NCBI GenBank assembly: GCA_002499705.1
Contig: DAMU01000077.1
Span: 4,951-68,950, forward strand
Direction: 5' to 3'
Source of the DNA: Euryarchaeota archaeon UBA91
GTDB lineage: Archaea > Thermoplasmatota > Poseidoniia > Poseidoniales > Poseidoniaceae
Length of the DNA stretch: 64,000 nt
The notes beneath the pieces were generated by a model. That model had not been told where the DNA came from. It made no database searches and saw only the letters and a program-made list of their open reading frames with translations. Below, piece after piece: positions 10,694-19,778 of the stretch. Position numbers and translations under genes: made by a program. The first letter of the stretch is position 1. Every line of letters begins with the position of its first letter.

Positions 10694-11119
10694 TTACCAA
10701 TCCGAAGTAAAGGCGTTTGGATTGGTTACGCGTTCAGACTCACGAGTCCAAATTGAATTGATATTGGTTTGGCCACCGTAAATATCGGCAAAGGGGTCGA
10801 TTTCTTCAGGATCCAAATTTCGTTGCATGTAAGCCTCAACCCGTTCACGCAAGTCGGGTTTAAACTTCCAATAGTGGATTCTCCACTCACGGCCATCCCA
10901 GAGGGTCGTTTCTTCCGATTCAGTAGTGAGAAGGTCATAATCTTGGAACATGTAAAACAAGTTACGGTCGGTAGGCTCCAAGGCATTGTCAATGATACGA
11001 TTGTAAAAACCAAAGAATCCGAGAGCGTGTTCTGCCATACCTTGAGCAACTTCTTCATCCATCTCAAGATCGATGTGTTGTTGAATGGCTCGAGTAAGTT
11101 CCGATAATGTCATTGTCAT
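10694..11119 (-). CDS. Conserved Thermoplasmata-type hypothetical protein (DUF6015-like)
   Basis: RIIDNALEPTDRNLFY..LLTTESEETTLWDGREWRIHYW resembles this family from memory; family label unverified. Confidence 0.65.
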   Translation of the reverse strand: MTMTLSELTRAIQQHIDLEMDEEVAQGMAEHALGFFGFYNRIIDNALEPTDRNLFYMFQDYDLLTTESEETTLWDGREWRIHYWKFKPDLRERVEAYMQRNLDPEEIDPFADIYGGQTNINSIWTRESERVTNPNAFTSDW

Positions 11120-11353
11120 TTTGATTTCCCCCAACCCGCTATTTTACTCCGCAGACACTGTATATTATTGTCATCCGACCCATATAGACTCATCGCTCGT
11201 ATTTCATGAAAACACAAAAAATAAGCGAATATTGTCCCCCCAGCACCCAAAATAAGGAGGCCACGAGTAGCCCGCCTCATACAACCCAACAGGTGACTCA
11301 ACTTAAACAACATCAATCAACAGCCTCAAAAATGCCTGTGTAAGGGCAAGGTT

Positions 11354-12385
11354 GTGAGCGAAGAGTATGTGCAGGGAAATTTCCTTGGCCTACCCGAAAA
11401 GGGGGGCGAAGTCGATGTCGCAATTCTGCAACTGCCTTACGAACTCACGACCTCTTACGGACAGGGTACTGCTGGAGGCCCAGCAGCATGCATCACCGCC
11501 AGCGCTCAAGTCGAGTTGTTTGATGCATCGCTTGGCGAAGACCTACCTGCTGGTGCCGCTCTCTTCACCGCACCAGAATGGGATGCTGAAGGTAACAGCC
11601 TTGCTGAACAACTGGACAACATGAGCGGATATCTGAGACCTTGGTATGCTGGTGATTGTTTCCCCCTCATTTTAGGTGGCGAACACGGAATTTTGCCGCC
11701 CTTAGTCTATGCAGCGCAGCACCATCCGATGGTGGGTGGGGATATCGAACGCTTAACTGTCGTGCAAATTGACGCTCATGCCGACTTGCGCGAACAACTC
11801 GACGGGGAGCCATATTCACATGCTTGTGCTGCAAGTCGTTCGCTTGATCTTGGCATAGGGAAACTGGTTCAAATTGGTATCCGTGCATATTCAAAGCAGG
11901 AAGCTGAATTCATCGAAAAAGATCAAAGAGTGACGACGTTTTTTGCACGTGACACACAATCTCCATCACACGGAGAAGCTGCATGGACTTCATGTTTAGA
12001 GACATTGAGAAGTTTAAGCGGTCCTGTTCATCTCACCATTGACATTGATGGATTAGATGGCAGCATCGTGCCCGCCACTGGAACTCCCGTTCCTGGAGGA
12101 CTCTCGTTTTGGCGAGCAGCAGAAACGATTGAAGCAGTTTTCTCGGCCCCAAATGCGACGGTAATTAGTGCTGATGTCAATGAAATTGTGGCCCAAGAAG
12201 ATTCCCCACTCACACAATTCACCGCTGCAATGTTAGCGACTAAAGTAATAGCAACGCAACTCAAGGCACGAAAAGACGGACGATGGAAGGCTGCAGCGGC
12301 TCAAGCAGGAAAACAGCGAGTTGCAGAACCATGTGATTATTTTCGAAAACAAATGAAAAGTGATATTCCGAAAGAAACAGCATGA
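11354..12385 (+). CDS. speB: Agmatinase / ureohydrolase
   Basis: PYELTTSYG, GGEHG, QIDAHADLR, TIDIDGLD, PATGTPVPGG Mn-binding motifs. Confidence 0.9.
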   Translation: MSEEYVQGNFLGLPEKGGEVDVAILQLPYELTTSYGQGTAGGPAACITASAQVELFDASLGEDLPAGAALFTAPEWDAEGNSLAEQLDNMSGYLRPWYAGDCFPLILGGEHGILPPLVYAAQHHPMVGGDIERLTVVQIDAHADLREQLDGEPYSHACAASRSLDLGIGKLVQIGIRAYSKQEAEFIEKDQRVTTFFARDTQSPSHGEAAWTSCLETLRSLSGPVHLTIDIDGLDGSIVPATGTPVPGGLSFWRAAETIEAVFSAPNATVISADVNEIVAQEDSPLTQFTAAMLATKVIATQLKARKDGRWKAAAAQAGKQRVAEPCDYFRKQMKSDIPKETA

Positions 12386-12400
12386 AGAGGAGTGAATGTG

Positions 12401-12790
12401 ATGACGAATTTAGAAGCACATGGCGCCCACGTATTCCTCGATTACACGGGATATGTCTCTCCCACCGAGAATGATGGACAATGGATTCTCGAACTTCTGG
12501 AACAAGCAGTTGAACGCAGTGATGCAAGAAAGGTCCATTCCCATGTCGAACCGTTCGATGGTTCCCTCTCTCCTGTTGGATTCGCTGCGGTGGTATTACT
12601 TGACGAGAGTCACGTTACTGCTCACTGCTATTCGGAGAGTGGCTGGTTGGCTTTGGATTGTTTCACTTGTGGTGGTTCAGACCCCGAGGCCTTAGCAGAC
12701 GATATCCATCTTCAACTGACGAAAGAGATTCCATCACTTGAACTCAAGCGTAGACAGCATGTTGCTCGCTTTTTACATGAGGAGGCTTAA
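12401..12790 (+). CDS. Pyruvoyl-dependent S-adenosylmethionine decarboxylase-family proenzyme (substrate uncertain)
   Basis: LLDESHVTAHCY self-cleavage E-SH motif, LDCFTCG; SD-like GAGGAG upstream. Confidence 0.85.
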   Translation: MTNLEAHGAHVFLDYTGYVSPTENDGQWILELLEQAVERSDARKVHSHVEPFDGSLSPVGFAAVVLLDESHVTAHCYSESGWLALDCFTCGGSDPEALADDIHLQLTKEIPSLELKRRQHVARFLHEEA

Positions 12791-12791
12791 C

Positions 12792-13748
12792 ATGTCTGTT
12801 CGGAAATTTGTCGATCAGAATTACCGTCATTTTAACGCAGGTGAACTTGCTCGTGCTGCACGTTCCTTAACTCATTTTTTAGACGGTGGAGGCAAGATTT
12901 TTGTCACGCTTGCTGGGGCTATGAGCACTGCTGAACTCGGTCGAAGTTTGGCACCACTGATTCGTGCAGGCCATATTGCTGGAATCTCTTGCACTGGAGC
13001 AAACTTAGAAGAAGACCTGTTTCATTTGGTCGCTCATAATTCCTATGTGTCCATCGAAAACTGGCGTAACCTCTCTGCTGAGGACGAGGCTGAATTGTTA
13101 GAGAAGAAACTCAATCGTGTCACAGATATTTGCATTCCTGAAGAAGAAGCCTTTCGAAAAATAGAACATCATATTGTCTCATGTTGGAAACAGGCTGACA
13201 AAGATGGCGTGTCTAAACTCCCTCACGAATACTTCTACCAATTATTGCAAGACGGAACATTGGAAGCGGCTTTTGAAGCAAATCCAGAACATTCTTGGCT
13301 CTATGCTGCTGCAGAAAGAAGTCTTCCCATATTCGTCCCAGGCTGGGAGGATTCAACGCTTGGAAATATCTTTGCTGCTCGCTGTATTGAAGGAGAGATA
13401 CGCCCCACTGCGATTAAAAATGGCGTTGAATACATGATTCAGTTGGCGCAATGGTATGAATCGAGAACGGACTCTCTGGCCTTTCTCCAAATCGGAGGAG
13501 GCATCGCAGGAGATTTCCCGATTTGCGTAGTACCTATGCTCAATCAAGATTTAGAAAGGAAGGTTCCTCTATGGGGCTGGTATTGCCAAATAAGCGAAGC
13601 ATCTGCATCCTATGGAGGTTATTCAGGTGCACCCCCAAACGAAAAAATCACTTGGGGCAAACTCAACATCGATACGCCGAAGTTTGTAATTGAAAGCGAT
13701 GCCACCATAGTTGCTCCATTGCTGTTTGGATATGTTATGGACGCTTAG
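12792..13748 (+). CDS. Deoxyhypusine synthase-like protein, bacterial (SpeY-like) type
   Basis: TLAGAMSTAELG, CTGANLEED, NRVTD, IGGGIAGDFPIC, YSGAPPNEKITWGK, IESDATIVAP. Confidence 0.88.
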   Translation: MSVRKFVDQNYRHFNAGELARAARSLTHFLDGGGKIFVTLAGAMSTAELGRSLAPLIRAGHIAGISCTGANLEEDLFHLVAHNSYVSIENWRNLSAEDEAELLEKKLNRVTDICIPEEEAFRKIEHHIVSCWKQADKDGVSKLPHEYFYQLLQDGTLEAAFEANPEHSWLYAAAERSLPIFVPGWEDSTLGNIFAARCIEGEIRPTAIKNGVEYMIQLAQWYESRTDSLAFLQIGGGIAGDFPICVVPMLNQDLERKVPLWGWYCQISEASASYGGYSGAPPNEKITWGKLNIDTPKFVIESDATIVAPLLFGYVMDA

Positions 13749-13824
13749 ATTGCAAGAATCAACCGCCATCACCTTTGCACAGAACTGCGCAAGTATTGAA
13801 GAGGAGCAGACGCTACCTCTTTCC

Positions 13825-16800
13825 ATGAGCACACAGAAATCAAGACGAGCAATTGCTCTTTTCTTGGTCATGGTCTTACCTCTGGTCTTTTCAGCAACAG
13901 CTCAAACATCACCCAATGCTCCCATCATTAACACTGCTTGGGTAGAAGGGGATGGCGGAGAAAATCAACATGCCTATCTCATCACTTTTGGCGACAACGG
14001 ATCATACGACATCGATGTAGAAGTGATTCATCTCCACAATAACTCAATCATTGATACGGACGTTTTCCTTACCTGGAGTTCCATGAACGACTATCGAACC
14101 GCTCACGCCCTGCTCAATACCTCATTGCAATGGGGTGATGAAATCACATTGACGGTGACGGTGAATGGATGGAATGGAAACGAGTTATCGGAACCTCTTG
14201 AAACAATTCGCAGCTTTACGGTGGGGACTTGGAATCAACCGATGGCCGACCATGAAGTACTCCTCAAGACCTCCTGGGATCTCAATCAAACCTACATGAC
14301 ACAAGAAGGTGAACAAGGGTTTGCGCTGGACTTTAACGGACAAGGTTGGCAGATGCGTCAAGGAGATGTGCTCAATTCTTGGGAATTGGGAAGCGGAAAC
14401 CTTACCACTCTGGAAAATACCAATGACAGTTCGACTGAACTCTCACTTTCGCTTGATTCTATTTGGAAGAATGAAACAATTCAATCTGGGGTTTTGACTT
14501 CCCAAGTCTTTGACGCACGAGGCAGTGGTACACTGCACTTAGTAACGCTTGATGGTAATTCAGAAAGCGATATTACAGCCAATGTTTCTGAAGGGTGGTT
14601 TAATCGCTCAATGAATGAAGGAGAATTGTCTGAAAGATTGCGTATTGAAGCAACTGGAGGCCTCTCTATTCACGATATAGATGAGGAGGGACAGGGACTC
14701 AATGTAACAGGTGAAGTCAGTGTCTTTTTCTTAGAAACATGGGATGAAAACGGTATCCGTAGATTGCAACACACCCAATTCGAAGCACTTGCTGACATGC
14801 TTCTGTATGAAGATGATTTTCAAATGGATGTGTCCTTAGACGGCTTAACCATACTTGAACGATGGGAAGATGGAGTTCGAACTGACCAAAAAAATGAGTT
14901 CATTGGTCAAGGTACATTTGGCCTTAACGAAGAGGATGAGAACTCAAGTATCATGATCAATGGCACCATTCACGAGCTGCACTGGTTAACAGAAGATGGC
15001 ATCACTGTGAAAGACAAATTGCATATGGATGGCGTGATAACAGGAGATGCCCAAGGCTCTTTTGGAATTGTTCGTTCAATCGAAGAAACTGGCGACCAAG
15101 CTAATGCAACTCAGGTGGTCTTTTTGGTCAATGTGATTCATCAAGAGACCTGGTTTAACATCACCGGTATTAACGGAGGAAATTTCTTTGATGGACAAGG
15201 TGTTGGTGCAAATCACAACGAATCTTGGGATTATCAAGTTGTACAATCTGAATGGGAAAACCGAACGGTTCGCCTGGTATGGGAAGAAACAGGTGCTGAC
15301 CCATCAAGCGGTGATGAGCGACCGGAAAACAGCCCAGTTCAAGTGAATGCTACACAACCTGAAACTGAGGAAATTTTAGGCGAAATTACCATCTCACGAG
15401 AAACTGGACTTATGCCAATACCCCTGATACCAGGAGATACACTGCGACTTGCTGGCCAAGAAGGTCTCGAATTAATTATCACTGCTGAATCAACTGGAAA
15501 TGACCCAAGAGACGGTTTCAATTTACATGTAACAAACTGGATTGGCTCGTACGGCGATGGGGGCTCTGCATCCGGTTCTATCATTGACCAAGGACCACTT
15601 ATGGGACTTCTCTCTAGCGTATATCGTACCCTTGAAATCTCGTATGGGAGCGAAGATGAAACGGCCAACTTCACTGAAAGCCAAGTCGTCGAACGTATTC
15701 TATCACCGTCCATAATTACTGCTGAAAACAACACTGCACCTGTTCTGGTTGAAATGTATCTTGAGGAAGGCGTCATCTATGGAGAGGGAGGAAGTGCGGG
15801 AACTTTAGTCGCTCATATCGCTGATGAGGAAATGAACGTTGATTCGGTAACAGTCGACCTTTCCCCAATTGGAGGCGACATCGTGCTCATGAACGATCGA
15901 GGACTTGATGGCGATGGAATCGTTGGCGACCAACGCTTTACGACACGTATTCTTGTCCCTGGACTTGAAGTTGGAAACATCTCGCTTAACGTGACTGCCA
16001 CCGATACATGGGGTATGGAATCGATGGGCTCAGGAGATATTGAAATTGTGAATCAAGGCCCACGCTTATTCGAATTAGAGATTCTCCCTAATGTGGGACC
16101 GAGGGGGGCTGTCATGATTGTCAATGCCCAAGCTTACGACGGTCATGGAGTTGACAGCATTACACTTGATTTGAGAGATTCTGGAGGTGAACAGGTGGAA
16201 CTTCTACTCACTAACGGAGTGTGGGTAGCATCGTTCACAATACCTGAATCAATGACGCCTGGTGAACAGATCTTGACCTTTACATTGACAGATGGACTTG
16301 GGGAAAAGGAGTTCACAACTTTTTGGCATGTTGATGGAATCGATTCTACTCTTCATGCAATTTACGGACCTCACCACGTATCCGATGCTGTGATGGAAGA
16401 AATCACCATCAATGTTCTCAACACTGGGCCTGAAATCATCGCTCCCGGCGTTCAAACTTTAGAAAGAGGTGATGAAAGTTCCACCTTTGTATTGGAAGTT
16501 GCAATCAATGATTATGATGGTATTCGTGTTGCTCAAGCGAACATTGGAGTGTTCACACCATTGACGTCTCAGGCAACATGGCAAAATATGTATGATGATG
16601 GAACAAACGGTGATGCGGTCGCAAACGATGGAATTTATTCTGTTGAGTTACAGGTTCGAAACAGCATCCCTCTCGGCACCCATGAAGTGTTGATACAAGC
16701 ATCGGATGTTTACGGAAAAGTAAGCCCAACCGAATCAATTGCCATTCAATTGATCGAAGAGCAAACCAGTCTGTCCGGTGTATCCGGCTCCTTCCTCACT

Positions 16801-16920
16801 TCCGGAGTTTTGATTGGCGTTCTCGCATTGTTTGGCATTGGCGTAGCAGTTGTTGTTTTCATTTCAATACGTAATCGTCCAGAAAGTGAACAAGGCGAAG
16901 ACCGATTCGGATTTAATTGA
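13825..16920 (+). CDS. Large acidic cell-surface protein: signal peptide, Ig-like modules with DDG..GD..DGIY (choice-of-anchor-X-like) motifs, C-terminal TM
   Basis: N-terminal hydrophobic signal; MNDRGLDGDGIVGDQRFT and MYDDGTNGDAVANDGIYS; C-terminal GVLIGVLALFGIGVAVVVFISI. Confidence 0.75.
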   Translation: MSTQKSRRAIALFLVMVLPLVFSATAQTSPNAPIINTAWVEGDGGENQHAYLITFGDNGSYDIDVEVIHLHNNSIIDTDVFLTWSSMNDYRTAHALLNTSLQWGDEITLTVTVNGWNGNELSEPLETIRSFTVGTWNQPMADHEVLLKTSWDLNQTYMTQEGEQGFALDFNGQGWQMRQGDVLNSWELGSGNLTTLENTNDSSTELSLSLDSIWKNETIQSGVLTSQVFDARGSGTLHLVTLDGNSESDITANVSEGWFNRSMNEGELSERLRIEATGGLSIHDIDEEGQGLNVTGEVSVFFLETWDENGIRRLQHTQFEALADMLLYEDDFQMDVSLDGLTILERWEDGVRTDQKNEFIGQGTFGLNEEDENSSIMINGTIHELHWLTEDGITVKDKLHMDGVITGDAQGSFGIVRSIEETGDQANATQVVFLVNVIHQETWFNITGINGGNFFDGQGVGANHNESWDYQVVQSEWENRTVRLVWEETGADPSSGDERPENSPVQVNATQPETEEILGEITISRETGLMPIPLIPGDTLRLAGQEGLELIITAESTGNDPRDGFNLHVTNWIGSYGDGGSASGSIIDQGPLMGLLSSVYRTLEISYGSEDETANFTESQVVERILSPSIITAENNTAPVLVEMYLEEGVIYGEGGSAGTLVAHIADEEMNVDSVTVDLSPIGGDIVLMNDRGLDGDGIVGDQRFTTRILVPGLEVGNISLNVTATDTWGMESMGSGDIEIVNQGPRLFELEILPNVGPRGAVMIVNAQAYDGHGVDSITLDLRDSGGEQVELLLTNGVWVASFTIPESMTPGEQILTFTLTDGLGEKEFTTFWHVDGIDSTLHAIYGPHHVSDAVMEEITINVLNTGPEIIAPGVQTLERGDESSTFVLEVAINDYDGIRVAQANIGVFTPLTSQATWQNMYDDGTNGDAVANDGIYSVELQVRNSIPLGTHEVLIQASDVYGKVSPTESIAIQLIEEQTSLSGVSGSFLTSGVLIGVLALFGIGVAVVVFISIRNRPESEQGEDRFGFN

Positions 16921-16976
16921 GCACATTGTCAGGCCGACAACCGTTTATACTGCTGTTCTTTGGAGTGATTACATCT

Positions 16977-17051
16977 ACGGACGTAGTGTAGCGGTTATCA
17001 CCGAGCGTTGCCAACGCTTGAACCCGGGTTCAAATCCCGGCGTCCGTACCA
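16977..17051 (+). tRNA. tRNA-Gly (anticodon GCC), CCA encoded
   Basis: Acceptor ACGGACG/CGTCCGT, anticodon stem GAGCG/CGCTT with loop TTGCCAA, T-arm CCGGG-TTCAAAT-CCCGG, followed by ACCA; TTTATA about 30 nt upstream. Confidence 0.95.
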
Positions 17052-17156
17052 TTCCACTCCAATTTACCCTAATTACCGCGTTTTCGGGTCGTTTATTCCC
17101 AAAAACAACCGAATACTTAACGACAGAAGAGATGAGTCTCGGACCGAGGGAGTCGA

Positions 17157-17474
17157 ATGAGTGAACGCCGTTCCATTTTTATCGGAAAGAAACCATTGCA
17201 TGCATACGTACGAGCGGTCGTGATGGCGATGGAAGAAGGAAACCGTGAGGTGCAACTCGTAGCAAGAGGTGCGACCATCGGTCGCGCTGTTGATGTTGCC
17301 GAAATTTGCAGGAGAAGAAACGGCGTCATTGCTCAAGGCTTACCTTCTGAAGTGGTTATCGGTGAAATCCAATGTTCTTCTGAAACGCTCACACAGGATG
17401 ACAGAGAGAGAACCGTGAGTGTACTTACCATCGAATTGGATGGAATTGGTGAAGTACCGAGCGAAGAGGAATAA
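17157..17474 (+). CDS. albA: DNA/RNA-binding protein Alba
   Basis: IFIGKKPLHAYV, VQLVARGATIGRAVDVAEI, RTVSVLTIEL. Confidence 0.9.
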   Translation: MSERRSIFIGKKPLHAYVRAVVMAMEEGNREVQLVARGATIGRAVDVAEICRRRNGVIAQGLPSEVVIGEIQCSSETLTQDDRERTVSVLTIELDGIGEVPSEEE

Positions 17475-17837
17475 TCATTCAAGCAATGCTTTCAGTCGCT
17501 GTTCAATGGTATCCGCCGTTGATTGATACACGGAAAGAGCATGGCCAACTGGATCTTCTAATTCCCAATCCTGATCGATTCGCATCAGTGGACAGTGTAC
17601 TCCACAGCCCATTGAGATGACCATGTCATAATCGTCTGCAGAAAAATCATCGACACTTTTTGGCACCATGCCTTCGGTTGAAATTCCACGAGCCTCAAGA
17701 ACAACAACTGCATTGCTCGCAATTGTATCTGCCGGATGAGTTCCAGCTGAATCTGCTGTAAATCCCATTGAACGTGCAAGACCCTCAGCCATTTGAGAAC
17801 GACAAGAGTTCCCCACACAGACGAATAAGAGTCGCAT
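17475..17837 (-). CDS. Low-molecular-weight phosphatase / ArsC-type arsenate reductase
   Basis: CVGNSCRSQMAEG P-loop, SAGT, MGCGVHCP, WELEDP. Confidence 0.85.
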   Translation of the reverse strand: MRLLFVCVGNSCRSQMAEGLARSMGFTADSAGTHPADTIASNAVVVLEARGISTEGMVPKSVDDFSADDYDMVISMGCGVHCPLMRIDQDWELEDPVGHALSVYQSTADTIEQRLKALLE

Positions 17838-17914
17838 GACTATTCCTAACGGCGAGGCTATTTATTGATTTTCAATATAGAAGACTTCTCAAAGGAGAGC
17901 CCATTCATCTTTTC

Positions 17915-18298
17915 ATGCTCAAAGATACTTCGCCTTTGTTTCGCGGCGTCTGTATCTCAGCCACTCTGTACGCCGGTCTTTTTTTGGGTCATATTGTCGC
18001 AGCAGCACTCGAGTGGAAGATGATTTTCAAAATCATTGCAATACTCATCTCCCTGATGACGTTTCTCGTCGGCCCGAGCATTGTTGTCTTCGGAAAAATA
18101 ACCAATATTCAGGAAAAAATTCAAGCCAATTCCTTTGGCTTTCCAATCTCAATACTGCTTGCTGTTGGTTTGGCATGGGCGTATGAAGACCAGTCCTTCG
18201 ATATTGTTCGAACTTTGAGTTTTCTTTGCGCAGCGATTGGTGTTCATTTAATCCAAAGGCAACTGATTCAACAAAAGCACTCCGAAAAGATGGGTTGA
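17915..18298 (+). CDS. Hypothetical membrane protein (about 4 TM)
   Basis: Hydrophobic 127-aa ORF filling the gap before the Mrp gene. Confidence 0.6.
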   Translation: MLKDTSPLFRGVCISATLYAGLFLGHIVAAALEWKMIFKIIAILISLMTFLVGPSIVVFGKITNIQEKIQANSFGFPISILLAVGLAWAYEDQSFDIVRTLSFLCAAIGVHLIQRQLIQQKHSEKMG

Positions 18299-18323
18299 AG
18301 TACATTAGGCCAGTGCTCCAATC

Positions 18324-19331
18324 ATGTCGGATTCGCCAGTCTCCACACACGACCCTAAGGAAGGGGACAAATCAGCAGAACCTTCCCCTCAAGAACAAAA
18401 GAAAATGGAACAGGCTTATGCGCAGATGAAGCGCAAAATGACGATGGAAGATATCGGTAAGAAAATCAAACATAAGGTCATGGTCTTGTCAGGAAAAGGC
18501 GGAGTTGGAAAATCCACAGTCTCAACCGGCCTTGCTCTTTCACTCGCACAACAAGGACTCTCTGTAGGAATCCTTGATATCGACATCACAGGGCCAAATG
18601 TTCCAAAGATGATGGGTCTAGATGGGCGCCGACTACATGTTGAGTCAGGTCGTATTCATCCTGCTCAAGGCCATCTTGGCGTGAAAGTCATTTCAATGGC
18701 GTTTCTACTCGATAACGAAGATACTCCAGTTGTTTGGCGCGGCCCAATCAAGCTCGGTGCAATTCAGCAATTTATCGGAGATGTTGAATGGGGCAACCTC
18801 GACTATCTGATTATCGATTTCCCGCCTGGAACATCAGACGAACCACTGACGGTTGCTCAATCACTCCCTGATATTGATGGGATGGTCATTGTTACTACAC
18901 CCCAAGAAGTAGCACTGCTCGACAGCCGCAAATCAATTACTTTCTCAGAATCGTTGAAAGTACCGGTCCTTGGAGTCGTCGAGAACATGAGTGGTTACAC
19001 AATTTCAGGTAAAGCAGAACCCGGTTCTGAAATTGAGATTGCTGCACCTGCAGGTAAAACACTCAAAGCCACTGCTAATGATGAAGGGGCATTTAGTGTT
19101 ACACTTGACATCTTCAAAGAAGGCGGTGGGCGACTTACTGCTGAGGAGTTCGGTGTGCCTTTCTTAGGAGCGCTTCCTTTCGACCCTGGTTTTGTTCGCG
19201 GCGGTGACGATGGAGTCCATAGAATTGTAAGTGAACCTGAAGGAGCCTCTGCAGTCGCTTTTTCGGCAATCGTGTCTGCATTACAAGAACAAATTAGCGA
19301 AGATTCTGGATCTGGTCTGGAAATCATTTGA
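18324..19331 (+). CDS. Mrp/NBP35 (ApbC)-family P-loop ATPase lacking CxxC
   Basis: SGKGGVGKST, DIDITGPN, VVWRGP, DYLIIDFPPGTSD, VTTPQEVA, VENMS; no Cys in the translation. Confidence 0.92.
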   Translation: MSDSPVSTHDPKEGDKSAEPSPQEQKKMEQAYAQMKRKMTMEDIGKKIKHKVMVLSGKGGVGKSTVSTGLALSLAQQGLSVGILDIDITGPNVPKMMGLDGRRLHVESGRIHPAQGHLGVKVISMAFLLDNEDTPVVWRGPIKLGAIQQFIGDVEWGNLDYLIIDFPPGTSDEPLTVAQSLPDIDGMVIVTTPQEVALLDSRKSITFSESLKVPVLGVVENMSGYTISGKAEPGSEIEIAAPAGKTLKATANDEGAFSVTLDIFKEGGGRLTAEEFGVPFLGALPFDPGFVRGGDDGVHRIVSEPEGASAVAFSAIVSALQEQISEDSGSGLEII

Positions 19332-19343
19332 TGGTGAGATTTG

Positions 19344-19697
19344 ATGACCAGCGACATGCCCACAATGAGACGTTTCGAACGTCGAGATTTGGATGTTGTC
19401 GTCAGTTATGACGATGACTCGGAATATACGATTACGTATGATGACTTACGCCACGCATGCCCTTGTGCAAAATGCTCTCCGCTACGTAACTTAGACGATA
19501 CCAGCAAAACACTTCGTAGGCAGGTTGAAGCATTACCTAAAGAAAAACCAAAGGTTCGAACTGTGGGGAATTACGCTCTTGGTTTTGAGTGGAATCAGGG
19601 CTGCTCGAGTGGAATTTATAGATTTGAGCGAATTTGGGATTTGGCGAACAGAAGAGACCCTGATAATGGCAAACCCTATGTCCATGGAGCATGGTAA
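19344..19697 (+). CDS. DUF971 / GBBH-like N-terminal domain protein
   Basis: LRHACPCAKC, VGNYALGFEW, SSGIYRF. Confidence 0.8.
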   Translation: MTSDMPTMRRFERRDLDVVVSYDDDSEYTITYDDLRHACPCAKCSPLRNLDDTSKTLRRQVEALPKEKPKVRTVGNYALGFEWNQGCSSGIYRFERIWDLANRRDPDNGKPYVHGAW

Positions 19698-19778
19698 GTC
19701 GAGGAACGGCTTTTCGCGACATTTTGACTGCGAGGTTTCATGTGCAATACCCAACCCCGCAGGGGTTGAGGTTCTTCC

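Noticed and set aside
4773..17051. Integrated element bounded by the two tRNA-Gly genes
   Set aside because: Both tRNAs are complete and differ in sequence; no integrase or att duplication seen; intervening genes are metabolic
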